Shown piece after piece: positions 37,128-45,238 of a DNA stretch of 62,456 nt. Made by a program: the position numbers and the translations under genes. The DNA comes from Agathobacter rectalis (lineage in GTDB: Bacteria; Actinomycetota; Coriobacteriia; Coriobacteriales; QAMH01). Below the pieces are notes generated by a model that saw only the letters and a list, made by a program, of their open reading frames with translations, did no database searches and was not told where the DNA came from. Position 1 is the first letter of the stretch, and the number at the start of each line of letters is the position of its first letter. The DNA lies in contig CAVAPV010000002.1 of assembly GCA_963590525.1 (NCBI GenBank), positions 15,181-77,636 on the forward strand. The letters are read 5' to 3'.

Positions 37128-37870
37128 TACTCAGCAGCCTCCTCGGTAGTCTCTTCTTGAGCGGTCATCTCAGCCTCGGTGACCTCTGCGCCGGCGCCAG
37201 CGATGATGGCGTCTGCAGCAACGGTGCACAGCAGGTTGACAGAGCGGATGGCATCGTCGTTTGCGGGGATGCCGATCTGGACCTCATCGGGATCTGCGTT
37301 GGTGTCGATCAAACCGATGACGGGGATGCCGAGGCGCTTGGCCTCCTTGATTGCGTTTTCCTCGTGCTTGGTGTCGACAACGAAGATCGCGGAGGGCAGG
37401 TCGCCCATCTCGCGGATGCCGCCGAGAGCGGCCTGGAGCTTAGCGAGCTCCTTCTTCATCACGGCCTGCTCCTTCTTGGGGCGCTTCTCCATAATGCCGT
37501 TGGCGATCTCGAGCTCGATCTCCTCCATGCGGCGCACGCGGGTGCGGATGGTCTGGAAGTTGGTAAGCATGCCGCCCATCCAGCGGTAGTTGACATAGGG
37601 CATGCCGCAGCGAGCAGCCTGGGTCTTGATGGGCTCTTGAGCCTGCTTCTTGGTGCCGACGAAGAGGACCTTCTTGCCCTGGGCAGCGATGTTGCCCAAG
37701 AAGGTGTAGGCATCGTCGACAGCGACCAGGGTCTGCTTGAGGTCGAGGATGTAGATGCCGTTGCGCTCGCCAAAGATGTAAGGCTTCATCTTGGGGTTCC
37801 AGCGGCGGGTCTGGTGGCCGAAGTGAACGCCGGCCTCCAGCAGGGACTTGATGGACACGGTTGTTGCCAT
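37127..37870 (-). CDS. rpsB: 30S ribosomal protein S2
   Basis: MATTVSIKSLLEAGVHFGHQTRRWNPKM... from the ATG at 37870 with AAGGAGG 8 nt upstream. Confidence 0.95.
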   Translation of the reverse strand: MATTVSIKSLLEAGVHFGHQTRRWNPKMKPYIFGERNGIYILDLKQTLVAVDDAYTFLGNIAAQGKKVLFVGTKKQAQEPIKTQAARCGMPYVNYRWMGGMLTNFQTIRTRVRRMEEIELEIANGIMEKRPKKEQAVMKKELAKLQAALGGIREMGDLPSAIFVVDTKHEENAIKEAKRLGIPVIGLIDTNADPDEVQIGIPANDDAIRSVNLLCTVAADAIIAGAGAEVTEAEMTAQEETTEEAAE

Positions 37871-38007
37871 GGTCCATACCTCCTTCATTTGTTGTTCCTT
37901 GGTCCGGATCTACGCCTTGTATCCCGCAACCGCGAATGCGGCCACTAGCGGTAAGGCTCCCCTTTCCTGTGAGCTAATCGGGTACTTGATTTAACACAAG
38001 CCGTATT

Positions 38008-38036
38008 AGTATATGCGCTGCAAAGGGCATGGGCAA
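38008..38036 (-). promoter_or_regulatory. Candidate sigma-70-type promoter for rpsB-tsf
   Basis: Minus strand TTGCCC (38036-38031) - 17 nt - TATACT (38013-38008), giving an approx 130-nt structured leader. Confidence 0.5.
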
Positions 38037-38112
38037 GAAGAATTTACGCTGTTTTTCATGCCATCGCCCAAGTCAAACATTGTCATCAGCGCAGGGCATG
38101 CCCGTCTTTCCA

Positions 38113-38152
38113 ATAAAACGACAGCATGTCTAATATGCAACATGCTGTCGTC
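38113..38152 (-). terminator. Rho-independent terminator after the 515-aa secreted protein gene
   Basis: Minus strand CGACAGCATGT-(10 nt)-ACATGCTGTCG followed by TTTTATTGG. Confidence 0.8.
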
Positions 38153-38224
38153 ACAATCAAATCACTGCTGTCTCGGCGCCCTCTGGCAATACCTCCAAAA
38201 CGGACAGCATCGCCAAGTCAGGCT

Positions 38225-39772
38225 TTAGGCAAAGTCGCTTAAGGCAACATATCCGCTCTTGTTGTTATAGGTAGCCTTGGCAAAGTACTCACCGTAAGCG
38301 TTCTTGACAAGTTTTTTGACCTTTACCTTTTTTCCCGCGGCGATCTTTTGAACCTTTGATGAGGCAGCATAGGCGGCTTTTCTCATCGTCGTCTTTGAAG
38401 CAAGTTCATATGTACCTGCCTTAAGGCCACTTGCAAGCTTGCGCGGGATGTCGCATAGCGTGCAGACATCGTTGACAAACTCGTGGCTGCTTGAGCAGGC
38501 AGAGCCATGAGACGACAACAGGCTCATCTTTACATAGCCCGTCTTGCCGTTAACGGTGAACTTGCCCCAATACAGCCCGTCGTTTTTGAGCGCGACTTTG
38601 CTGGGTTTGTAGACGCCGCCTTTGGTCATGGCCACAACGGTTTTGGCGTTGTCTTTTGCCTTGGCCAAAACCTTGGTCTTAGAGGTGGCAACATAGCAGC
38701 GCACCGAGTGCACCACACCGTTATGCCCGCATTCGCAATACCACTTGGCGTCTTTGTAGACCCAAGTATGCGCGACGTTTTTCTTCTTTGTAGCGCCGCT
38801 TAAGACCGCACCGCACGATGCGCAGGTTGTCTTGGTTGTCTTGACCGTATGGGTTGCATCTGTCTGCGCCGAGTAGACGGCCTTTCCGCCCTTTGTCTTT
38901 GCGTGCTTGCATGTGACCCCCTTTTTGACGAGGAGCTCTTGGGCGTCTTTTCGCTCGCTGTTATGCAGTCTGTTGTAGACGGAGATCTGCACAGCAGATG
39001 AGCATGAGTAGAAATGCGACAGGTACTTGCCGGCGATGCCATAGGATTTTGCCGTGGCATCCGAGGCTGATATCTGCGTAGCAGAATCTGCTGGAGCCTT
39101 CTTTTGCGTACGCGACCTCTCGTAGTAGATGAGGTCGATGAGCACGCTTTCTGCCAAGCCGCTCGTATAACCGCCGACCTCCTCTAGCGCAGGTTGCATG
39201 ATGTAGTAGACGCACCCGTAGGGACCATGTTGGATGGCTGTGGAGAAGATGGCGTTTTTGAGAGCGGCGGTGTACTTGCTCAGATCAAGATCCGGTATGG
39301 CGATGGCGATGTACTTGAGAGCCTCTTTGTAGTAATGCTCTTTGCAATAGTTGTACTGCGCGTCAAAGAAGAGGCTCTCGTCTTGCTTGGCACAGTTTTT
39401 CCAAGCTTTGTCAAAGCTTGCGCCTGTCTCTTTTCCATCGCTTTTGTAAGCGCTGGCAAGCGCCTTGCCCCAGGTTGCATACGTTGCAAGCTGGTCATCA
39501 GAAGAAGCCTTTACCTCTTTTGCCTTGAGTTCCTTTGCAAAGGTATAGGCGTTTCCGGGGCTCATCTGATAGGCACCGTACGCGCTGTTGGGATCGATTT
39601 CTGCGGGATCGTTTCCGCTTTCGTATTTGGAGCATAGCTGGCCAAAATCGCGCGCAGCATAGGCGCAATCGGGCTGTGCGATAGCAAACGACCCGGCAAG
39701 GGCAAGCGATGCAAGAAGACCCAAGGCGGCAAAGCGCGTTGCACGTTGCATGAAAGACGTCGTCATGGGCAC
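38225..39772 (-). CDS. Secreted lysozyme/transglycosylase-like cell-wall protein with a Cys-rich insert and two SH3b-like domains
   Basis: Signal peptide (RFAALGLLASLALAGSFAIA). YESGNDP...AYGAYQMSP resembles the E-S / G-x-x-Q lytic transglycosylase signature. C-terminal GKTGYVKMSLL and NKSGYVALSDF are SH3b-type. Start codon ambiguous (39772, 39766 or 39751). Confidence 0.6.
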   Translation of the reverse strand: MPMTTSFMQRATRFAALGLLASLALAGSFAIAQPDCAYAARDFGQLCSKYESGNDPAEIDPNSAYGAYQMSPGNAYTFAKELKAKEVKASSDDQLATYATWGKALASAYKSDGKETGASFDKAWKNCAKQDESLFFDAQYNYCKEHYYKEALKYIAIAIPDLDLSKYTAALKNAIFSTAIQHGPYGCVYYIMQPALEEVGGYTSGLAESVLIDLIYYERSRTQKKAPADSATQISASDATAKSYGIAGKYLSHFYSCSSAVQISVYNRLHNSERKDAQELLVKKGVTCKHAKTKGGKAVYSAQTDATHTVKTTKTTCASCGAVLSGATKKKNVAHTWVYKDAKWYCECGHNGVVHSVRCYVATSKTKVLAKAKDNAKTVVAMTKGGVYKPSKVALKNDGLYWGKFTVNGKTGYVKMSLLSSHGSACSSSHEFVNDVCTLCDIPRKLASGLKAGTYELASKTTMRKAAYAASSKVQKIAAGKKVKVKKLVKNAYGEYFAKATYNNKSGYVALSDFA

Positions 39773-40014
39773 CTGGTTTCGTTTGAGTTGCGTTTAGGTA
39801 CGACAGATGAAACGATAGCCCATAAGGACGCGTTTCACAATCGGCACCATAGATTCAAGCAAAGTACCGTTAAGGCGACGTTAAGCGCAATCACGCCCAA
39901 ACGCGCGGCGGCAGGCCAGGCACAGATGCGACGACCCCAAGAAACACAAAGCGCCGCCAGAAACCAGATTCAACCGTACCGAACCTGCCCGACGGCGCTT
40001 GCTTGCACCAAAGC

Positions 40015-40698
40015 CTAGCCGATAATTGCAAGCAGACGGCCCTCGCCAACGCTTAACGTGGGATGCTCGCTAACAGAGACATTGCTCACGCCCAGATGAT
40101 CGTCTGCCAAAAGCGTGGCATCAAAAAGCTCCCATTCAAGGCCGCTCTCGCACACGCCGTGCGCATCGCCACCGTAGGCAAAGACGCTTACGCGCGTACC
40201 AAGCTTGAGGTTGCGCTCTGGGTGGCTCACAAGACACCCCGGCGCCACCTTGCCCAAGTCAACGGGGCCGTCTTGCGGGGTGATGATGACCGCAGCCTGA
40301 CAGCAGCCGCATACCGTGCCCTTGGCGCCTTGCTCGCGCAGCCAGCCCAGGCAGCGAATAGCGGCGATGCTATGACCCATATCGCCGCCTAAAGCGCGAC
40401 GGATGCCAAAGTCGCGGTAGCCGCGCTCAAGCCCTTGCTTGAGGCAGACCATAAGATCAGTCTCGTCCTTTTTGCAAGGCAGCTCAACCACAGGGCAGAC
40501 GGGGTCTTTAGGCTTGCCCCCTGGCAATGAGTCAAAGTCTGCCACAAGCAGATCGGGTTTGGTTCCAACCTCCAAGCAAGATGCGTAGCCGGAATCAGCC
40601 GCGATGACGATATCGCCTTCTCCCAACTTGAACCCAAAGCTCTCCTTGCTGTTCTCGCAAGCAGGGCCACCGCAGATGATATGTGCTTTGCTAACCAT
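40015..40698 (-). CDS. thiN: Thiamine diphosphokinase
   Basis: 227 aa. IVIAADSGY, LLVADFDSL (GDFDS-type motif), C-terminal thiamine-binding domain. Lies in the thi cluster. Confidence 0.8.
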   Translation of the reverse strand: MVSKAHIICGGPACENSKESFGFKLGEGDIVIAADSGYASCLEVGTKPDLLVADFDSLPGGKPKDPVCPVVELPCKKDETDLMVCLKQGLERGYRDFGIRRALGGDMGHSIAAIRCLGWLREQGAKGTVCGCCQAAVIITPQDGPVDLGKVAPGCLVSHPERNLKLGTRVSVFAYGGDAHGVCESGLEWELFDATLLADDHLGVSNVSVSEHPTLSVGEGRLLAIIG

Positions 40699-40990
40699 CG
40701 AGCCTCTCCTCCAAGCGTTCGACCTTGCCGTCCATCATATCAACGTAGCCTGGGCGGATGTCGGCTTTGAGGACGACCTCGCAGCGAATACCCTTATCTG
40801 CGAGCGCAAACGTCGCCTGCTTGACCACGTCCATGACCTCGTCCCATTCGCCTTCGATTTCTGTGAACATGGAGTACGTGCGGTTCTTAAGACCGCTATC
40901 CCGGATGACAGAGACACACTCGGCCACATAAGCAGAGAGCTCCTCGCCTTCTCCAAACGGCGCGATGGCAACCGCTACCAGCGTGTTCAT
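40691..40990 (-). CDS. MTH1187/YkoF-family thiamine-binding protein (DUF77)
   Basis: 99 aa, VAVAIAPFGEGEELSAYVAECVSVIRDSGLKN...TEIEGEWDEVMDVV, typical ferredoxin-like DUF77. Confidence 0.8.
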   Translation of the reverse strand: MNTLVAVAIAPFGEGEELSAYVAECVSVIRDSGLKNRTYSMFTEIEGEWDEVMDVVKQATFALADKGIRCEVVLKADIRPGYVDMMDGKVERLEERLDG

Positions 40991-40996
40991 GGATGC

Positions 40997-42505
40997 TTAG
41001 GCCTCCTCGACAGCAAAGGGGTAGGCGGCGATGTCTGAGGCAGAAGCGTTGTAGAGCGCATCGATGAAGGCGACCTTGAAGCTTGCGGGGCCATGGGCAT
41101 CGCACTCGGCATCGACACCGGCAAGATCGTAGGCAATCGTTGCGGCAAGCGCGGCTGTGAAGGCGTCGCCGCAGGCAGCGTATACGGCCATGACGCCGCC
41201 CAAGCTGCAGCCGCAACCCGTAACAAGCGGCATGAAAGCGCTGCCGCCTTGTACCATAGCCACGACATGGCCATCGGTGACGAGGTCTTGCTCGCCGCTC
41301 ACGGCAACGGCACCGCCTGTAAAACGCGCAAGCGCGACAGCTGCGGCACGTGCATCGTCCACAGAGTCCGTCGAATCCACGCCACGCACACCGTCTGCCG
41401 CGGCGCGTTTGAGACCCCAGAGGTCTGCAAGCGCGATAGCCTCGCTCGCATTGCAGCGGATAACGGTGGGCTTGCAGCCCTTGCAGTGCTCAAGCAGCTT
41501 GGTGCGCAAGCTGCCGATCCCCAATCCCACCGGGTCGACGACCCACGGCGTGCCCGCCTCGTGCAACGCGGTCATGGTCGCCGGGATAGTCTGCTCGTAA
41601 ACGGGCATGAGCGTACCCATGTTGAGGTACATTGCCTGGCTTGCAGCCAGTTGCACGCCCTCATCGGGCATGTAGACCATGGCCGCACTGCCGCCGACGG
41701 CCAGCTGGGCGTTGGCCACAAAGTCGACAGTGACAAAATTGGTGATACTGGGCGCCATGGGATTAGTCGCCTTCACCTGCTCGACGCAAGCGGCGAGGTT
41801 GGCGCGGATGTCTTTCTCGTTAAGCATGTGGCTCTCCTGTTCGTTGATGACCGCAAGCAAGTCGCGTGCCGCTTGCTCGATGTCGGGCTGCGCGATAATG
41901 GCACTTACCACGGCGTAACCGGCAAAAGGATGGCTTTTGCACTGCGGAATCGTCTTCTTGTTGACGCCGCCGATAGCCACGCATGGCAGTTGGCTTGCAT
42001 CCATGATGGCGTCGAGCTCCTCAAAGCTCAAAGCAGTGGCCTCGGGTTTGGTAGCTGTGGGCGTGATGCCGCCGATACCTAAGTAGTCGGCCCCCTCCTG
42101 ACGCGCCCTGACGGCTTCTTCTACGCTATGGACGCTCACGCCGATGATGGCGTCAGGGCCCACGATATCGCGCACCTGCGGCACGGGCGTATCGTCTTGC
42201 CCCACATGCACGCCCAATGCGCCTACCGCAGCTGCAACGTGAGGGTTGTCGTTGATGATAAGCCCCACGCTGTATGCGTCTGTGACCTCCTTGCAGCGGC
42301 GAGCGACATCGAGGAACTCCTCGTTACTTGCGTGCTTCTCACGGATCTGGACGAGCGTCACTCCGCCCTTGCAGGCAGCCTCGACAGCCTCCTCGAGCGT
42401 TGAGGTGCTCATAAGGTCTTGATCGGTGACCCATAAAACGGCAAGGACAATCGGCGATAAATGCTTTGGCTGTGCATCACATGCTTTGCACTCATGACTT
42501 CGCAC
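40997..42505 (-). CDS. thiE: Bifunctional thiamine-phosphate synthase (ThiE, N-terminal) / hydroxyethylthiazole kinase (ThiM, C-terminal)
   Basis: 502 aa. N-half VTLVQIREKH...GADYLGIGG...VAIGGV (ThiE). C-half ITNFVTVDFVANAQLAVGGSAAM...VVDPVG...TGCGCSLGGV (ThiM). Confidence 0.88.
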   Translation of the reverse strand: MRSHECKACDAQPKHLSPIVLAVLWVTDQDLMSTSTLEEAVEAACKGGVTLVQIREKHASNEEFLDVARRCKEVTDAYSVGLIINDNPHVAAAVGALGVHVGQDDTPVPQVRDIVGPDAIIGVSVHSVEEAVRARQEGADYLGIGGITPTATKPEATALSFEELDAIMDASQLPCVAIGGVNKKTIPQCKSHPFAGYAVVSAIIAQPDIEQAARDLLAVINEQESHMLNEKDIRANLAACVEQVKATNPMAPSITNFVTVDFVANAQLAVGGSAAMVYMPDEGVQLAASQAMYLNMGTLMPVYEQTIPATMTALHEAGTPWVVDPVGLGIGSLRTKLLEHCKGCKPTVIRCNASEAIALADLWGLKRAAADGVRGVDSTDSVDDARAAAVALARFTGGAVAVSGEQDLVTDGHVVAMVQGGSAFMPLVTGCGCSLGGVMAVYAACGDAFTAALAATIAYDLAGVDAECDAHGPASFKVAFIDALYNASASDIAAYPFAVEEA

Positions 42506-42768
42506 CCGAATGCACCTTCGTCCTCTGCAGCTGCGGATCTCGCGAGCTACGCTCGCTCAGACAGTCCTCGCTCCCGCAGAGGACTCGGGTGCATTCTGCT
42601 CCGTAAATCGTGCAAAGCTCGTGATGCCCAACCACGCTAGCAACCCGCTGTTACCCGCTTGTAGATCCTTCGACTCCGCTCGCTACGCTCGCTTCGCTCA
42701 GGATGACACGGCGGGGCGCTCGTCGTGCACGCTATGCTTAAGGCAACACGGCGGGAGCGCTCTAACCC
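42506..42768. repeat. REP-like GC-rich palindromic / direct-repeat elements filling the thiC to thiE-thiM intergenic region
   Basis: Long imperfect inverted repeat GAATGCACC..GTCCTCTGC / GCAGAGGAC..GGGTGCATTC (42506-42595). Two copies of GCTACGCTCGCT(TCGCT)CAG. Two 17-nt direct repeats ACACGGCGGGrGCGCTC (42707-42723 and 42746-42762). Confidence 0.8.
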
Positions 42769-44076
42769 CTAGATGTAGTTGCCGGGAATCTCTGCCAAGG
42801 CATCGTTGACGGTTTTGACGGCACACATCTTGCCGCACATGGTGCAGGTGCCCTCCTCTGTGGGCGGGGCGCTCTCGAGGATGCTACGTGCGGTGTCGCC
42901 GTCGATGGCAAGCTCGAACATCCCCTCCCAGTCAAAGGAATGACGAGCATCGGCCATAGCGTTGTCGCGTTCGCGCGCCCCGGGGATGCCCTTGGCGATA
43001 TCTGCGGCGTGCGCTGCAATGCGCGCAGCCACGATGCCCTCGTGCACGTCGTGAACGTCCGGCAGGCGCAGATGCTCGGCCGGCGTCACGTAGCACAGAA
43101 AATCTGCGCCGTTGCTTGCAGCGATCGCCCCGCCGATGGCGCAGGCGATATGGTCGTAGCCGGCGGCGACGTCGGTCACCAACGGCCCCAGCACATAAAA
43201 CGGAGCATTGTGGCATAGGCGCTTCTCGAGCTTCATGTTGGCCACGATCTCATCGATTGCCATGTGGCCGGGGCCTTCGATCATCACCTGAACGTTTTTA
43301 TCCCAAGCGCGCTTGGTAAGGTTGCCCAGCTCGATGAGCTCTTGGATCTGACCGGCATCGCTAGAATCATCCAAGCAACCGGGGCGCAATGCATCGCCCA
43401 AGCTGATGGTCATGTCGTACTTGTAGAGCAAGTCGCACAGCTCGTCGAAATGCTCATAGAAGGGGTTCTCGTTGCCGGTGATGCGCATCCAGGCAAAAAG
43501 CAGGCTGCCGCCGCGGCTCACAATGTTCATGCGGCGACCAGCGCGCATGAAGCTCTCCACAGCGCGACGGTTGATGCCGGCATGGATGGTGACAAAGTCC
43601 ACGCCATCTTTGGCATGCGCCTCCACGACCTCAAAGAGGTCTTCCCAGGTCATGTCCGCCAGCGGCTTGTCCAGATAGCCGATGGCATCGTACATAGGCA
43701 CGGTGCCCACCATGGCAGTGGATTTTGCGATGAGGTCGCGGCGGAACTTAGAGGTCTTGCCGCAATTGGAGAGGTCCATGATGCCCTCGACGCCAAAGTC
43801 GAGCGCCATCTGCACTTTTTGCATCTCGACGTCGTAGTCATGCAAGTCGCCTGACACACCCAAGTTCACGTTGATCTTGGTGGACATGCCCTCGCCCACA
43901 CCCCACGCGTCAAGCGAGGTGTGGTTGTGGTTGGCCGGGATGGCTATGCGCCCGGCAGCGACACCTTGGCGCACGAAATCTGCGCTGCGATGCTCCTTTT
44001 GGGCGACGCGTTCCATCTGCGGTGTGATGATGCCGGCCTTTGCGGCTTCCATCTGCGTTGAGTAGCTTAACGTCAT
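42769..44076 (-). CDS. thiC: Phosphomethylpyrimidine synthase (radical SAM)
   Basis: 435 aa, highly conserved ThiC sequence (VNLGVSGD..., TIHAGI..., C-terminal CTMCGKMCA cluster motif). Confidence 0.95.
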   Translation of the reverse strand: MTLSYSTQMEAAKAGIITPQMERVAQKEHRSADFVRQGVAAGRIAIPANHNHTSLDAWGVGEGMSTKINVNLGVSGDLHDYDVEMQKVQMALDFGVEGIMDLSNCGKTSKFRRDLIAKSTAMVGTVPMYDAIGYLDKPLADMTWEDLFEVVEAHAKDGVDFVTIHAGINRRAVESFMRAGRRMNIVSRGGSLLFAWMRITGNENPFYEHFDELCDLLYKYDMTISLGDALRPGCLDDSSDAGQIQELIELGNLTKRAWDKNVQVMIEGPGHMAIDEIVANMKLEKRLCHNAPFYVLGPLVTDVAAGYDHIACAIGGAIAASNGADFLCYVTPAEHLRLPDVHDVHEGIVAARIAAHAADIAKGIPGARERDNAMADARHSFDWEGMFELAIDGDTARSILESAPPTEEGTCTMCGKMCAVKTVNDALAEIPGNYI

Positions 44077-45068
44077 TGGTTGCTCCTAACGGGGTCGATG
44101 ATCTTTGAGCCGTGTCCCAGCTCTTGGGCGTTTTGCAACGAAGACTCCAAAAGGCGCCTGGCATGGCCTATGGCATGCGCAAGCGGTGCTCCTGTGGCGA
44201 TGTTGCAGGCGATTGCGGTGGCAAGCACGCAGCCCGTGCCATGAAACTCGCCGGCAAGGCGCTTGGAAGCGTAGGCGATGGGACGCGCCATGAAGGCGTC
44301 TCTGGTTCCCGGTCCCACGACGACGCGTACCTCTCCCACCAGCTGCTCGTCAGAGCTGATGCCCTCAGACGGCACACCCAGCAAGATGCTTGCAGCCGGG
44401 CCAAAGAGAAGGTCTTGGACAGCGTGCTCATCGGTGCCATGACCGCCTTTGACCAGGACGCTTTGCGCACCCGCAGCCACCAGAGTACGCGCCGCCCACG
44501 AGGACAGCACGTCGTCGGTTGCCTGCTGGGGGGCATGGTTGGTCTTGTTGTCCGCCGTCGTCGAGCCCGACAGTATCTGCTGGCAGCAGTTTGCGAGCAT
44601 GCGCGCTTCTACAAGATTGGGCGTGACTAGCGTGGCGATTGGGATCAGATGCCGGCAGATAGCACGAGCCACAACCTCTTTTGCCCCTTGGGCATCTGTC
44701 GTTGCGGCAAGCACCGGATCGACGATCAAAGGCAGGTCAGGATGCACGCTACGCTGCCTGTTGACAGCACGCGCAACAGCGATGGCGGCCTCGGGGCTTG
44801 CCAACATGCCCACCTTGACCGCGGCGATGTCAAAATCCGCAAAGCAAGACTCCATCTGCGCCTCTATGAGCGTCGCATCAACCAGCTGACATGCTGTAAA
44901 GCTCGTTGTGTTTTGAGCCGTAACGCAGGTGATGGCGCATGTTGCATGCACGCCCAAAGAAGCCGCGGTCTTTATATCTGCCTGAATGCCGGCGCCGGCG
45001 CTTGAGTCGGACCCTCCTATGCACAAGATGCACGTGTCCAAAAAGCTCTTCACCTCCAAACCCTGCAT
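44073..45068 (-). CDS. thiD: Hydroxymethylpyrimidine / phosphomethylpyrimidine kinase
   Basis: [22 protein letters not shown]..., [11 protein letters not shown]. The longest-ORF ATG (45068) lies inside the TPP aptamer; the TTG at 45041 downstream of GGAGG is the more likely start. Confidence 0.9.
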   Translation of the reverse strand: MQGLEVKSFLDTCILCIGGSDSSAGAGIQADIKTAASLGVHATCAITCVTAQNTTSFTACQLVDATLIEAQMESCFADFDIAAVKVGMLASPEAAIAVARAVNRQRSVHPDLPLIVDPVLAATTDAQGAKEVVARAICRHLIPIATLVTPNLVEARMLANCCQQILSGSTTADNKTNHAPQQATDDVLSSWAARTLVAAGAQSVLVKGGHGTDEHAVQDLLFGPAASILLGVPSEGISSDEQLVGEVRVVVGPGTRDAFMARPIAYASKRLAGEFHGTGCVLATAIACNIATGAPLAHAIGHARRLLESSLQNAQELGHGSKIIDPVRSNQ

Positions 45069-45145
45069 TACCAGGGCCGTGACAAACGGTCGGGGCGGCG
45101 CAAGCCCCCTCTCAGCCGCCTGCCGGCAGCTCCCGTGCGCTTAAG
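45043..45145 (-). promoter_or_regulatory. TPP (THI-box) riboswitch
   Basis: Minus strand CACGGGAGC...GGCTGAGAGGGGG...CCCCGACCGTTTGTCACGGCCCTGGTAATGCAGGGTTTGGAGGTG has the CUGAGA, ACC and CCUGG-UAAUGC-CAGG-like THI elements. The 3' P1 strand overlaps the SD GGAGG. Confidence 0.7.
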
Positions 45146-45164
45146 TAACAGGGCAGATACTAGC

Positions 45165-45200
45165 ACGAACGCGGCGCTGTCTTGATCGGCAACGCCGCGC
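45165..45200 (-). terminator. Possible terminator hairpin after the GH25 gene (weak U-tail)
   Basis: Minus strand CGCGGCGTTG-(10 nt)-CAGCGCCGCG (10 bp, one G:U) followed by TTCGTGC. Confidence 0.4.
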
Positions 45201-45238
45201 CATGTCTGTCAAAGCGCTATGCAACATGCCTTGCGGCT

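Noticed and set aside
42510-42809. 99-aa plus-strand ORF (…FDSARYARFAQDD…) between thiC and thiE-thiM.
   Set aside because: It is a translation of REP-like palindromic repeats. This peptide type is a known artefact of such elements, and the ORF also overlaps the thiC 3' end.
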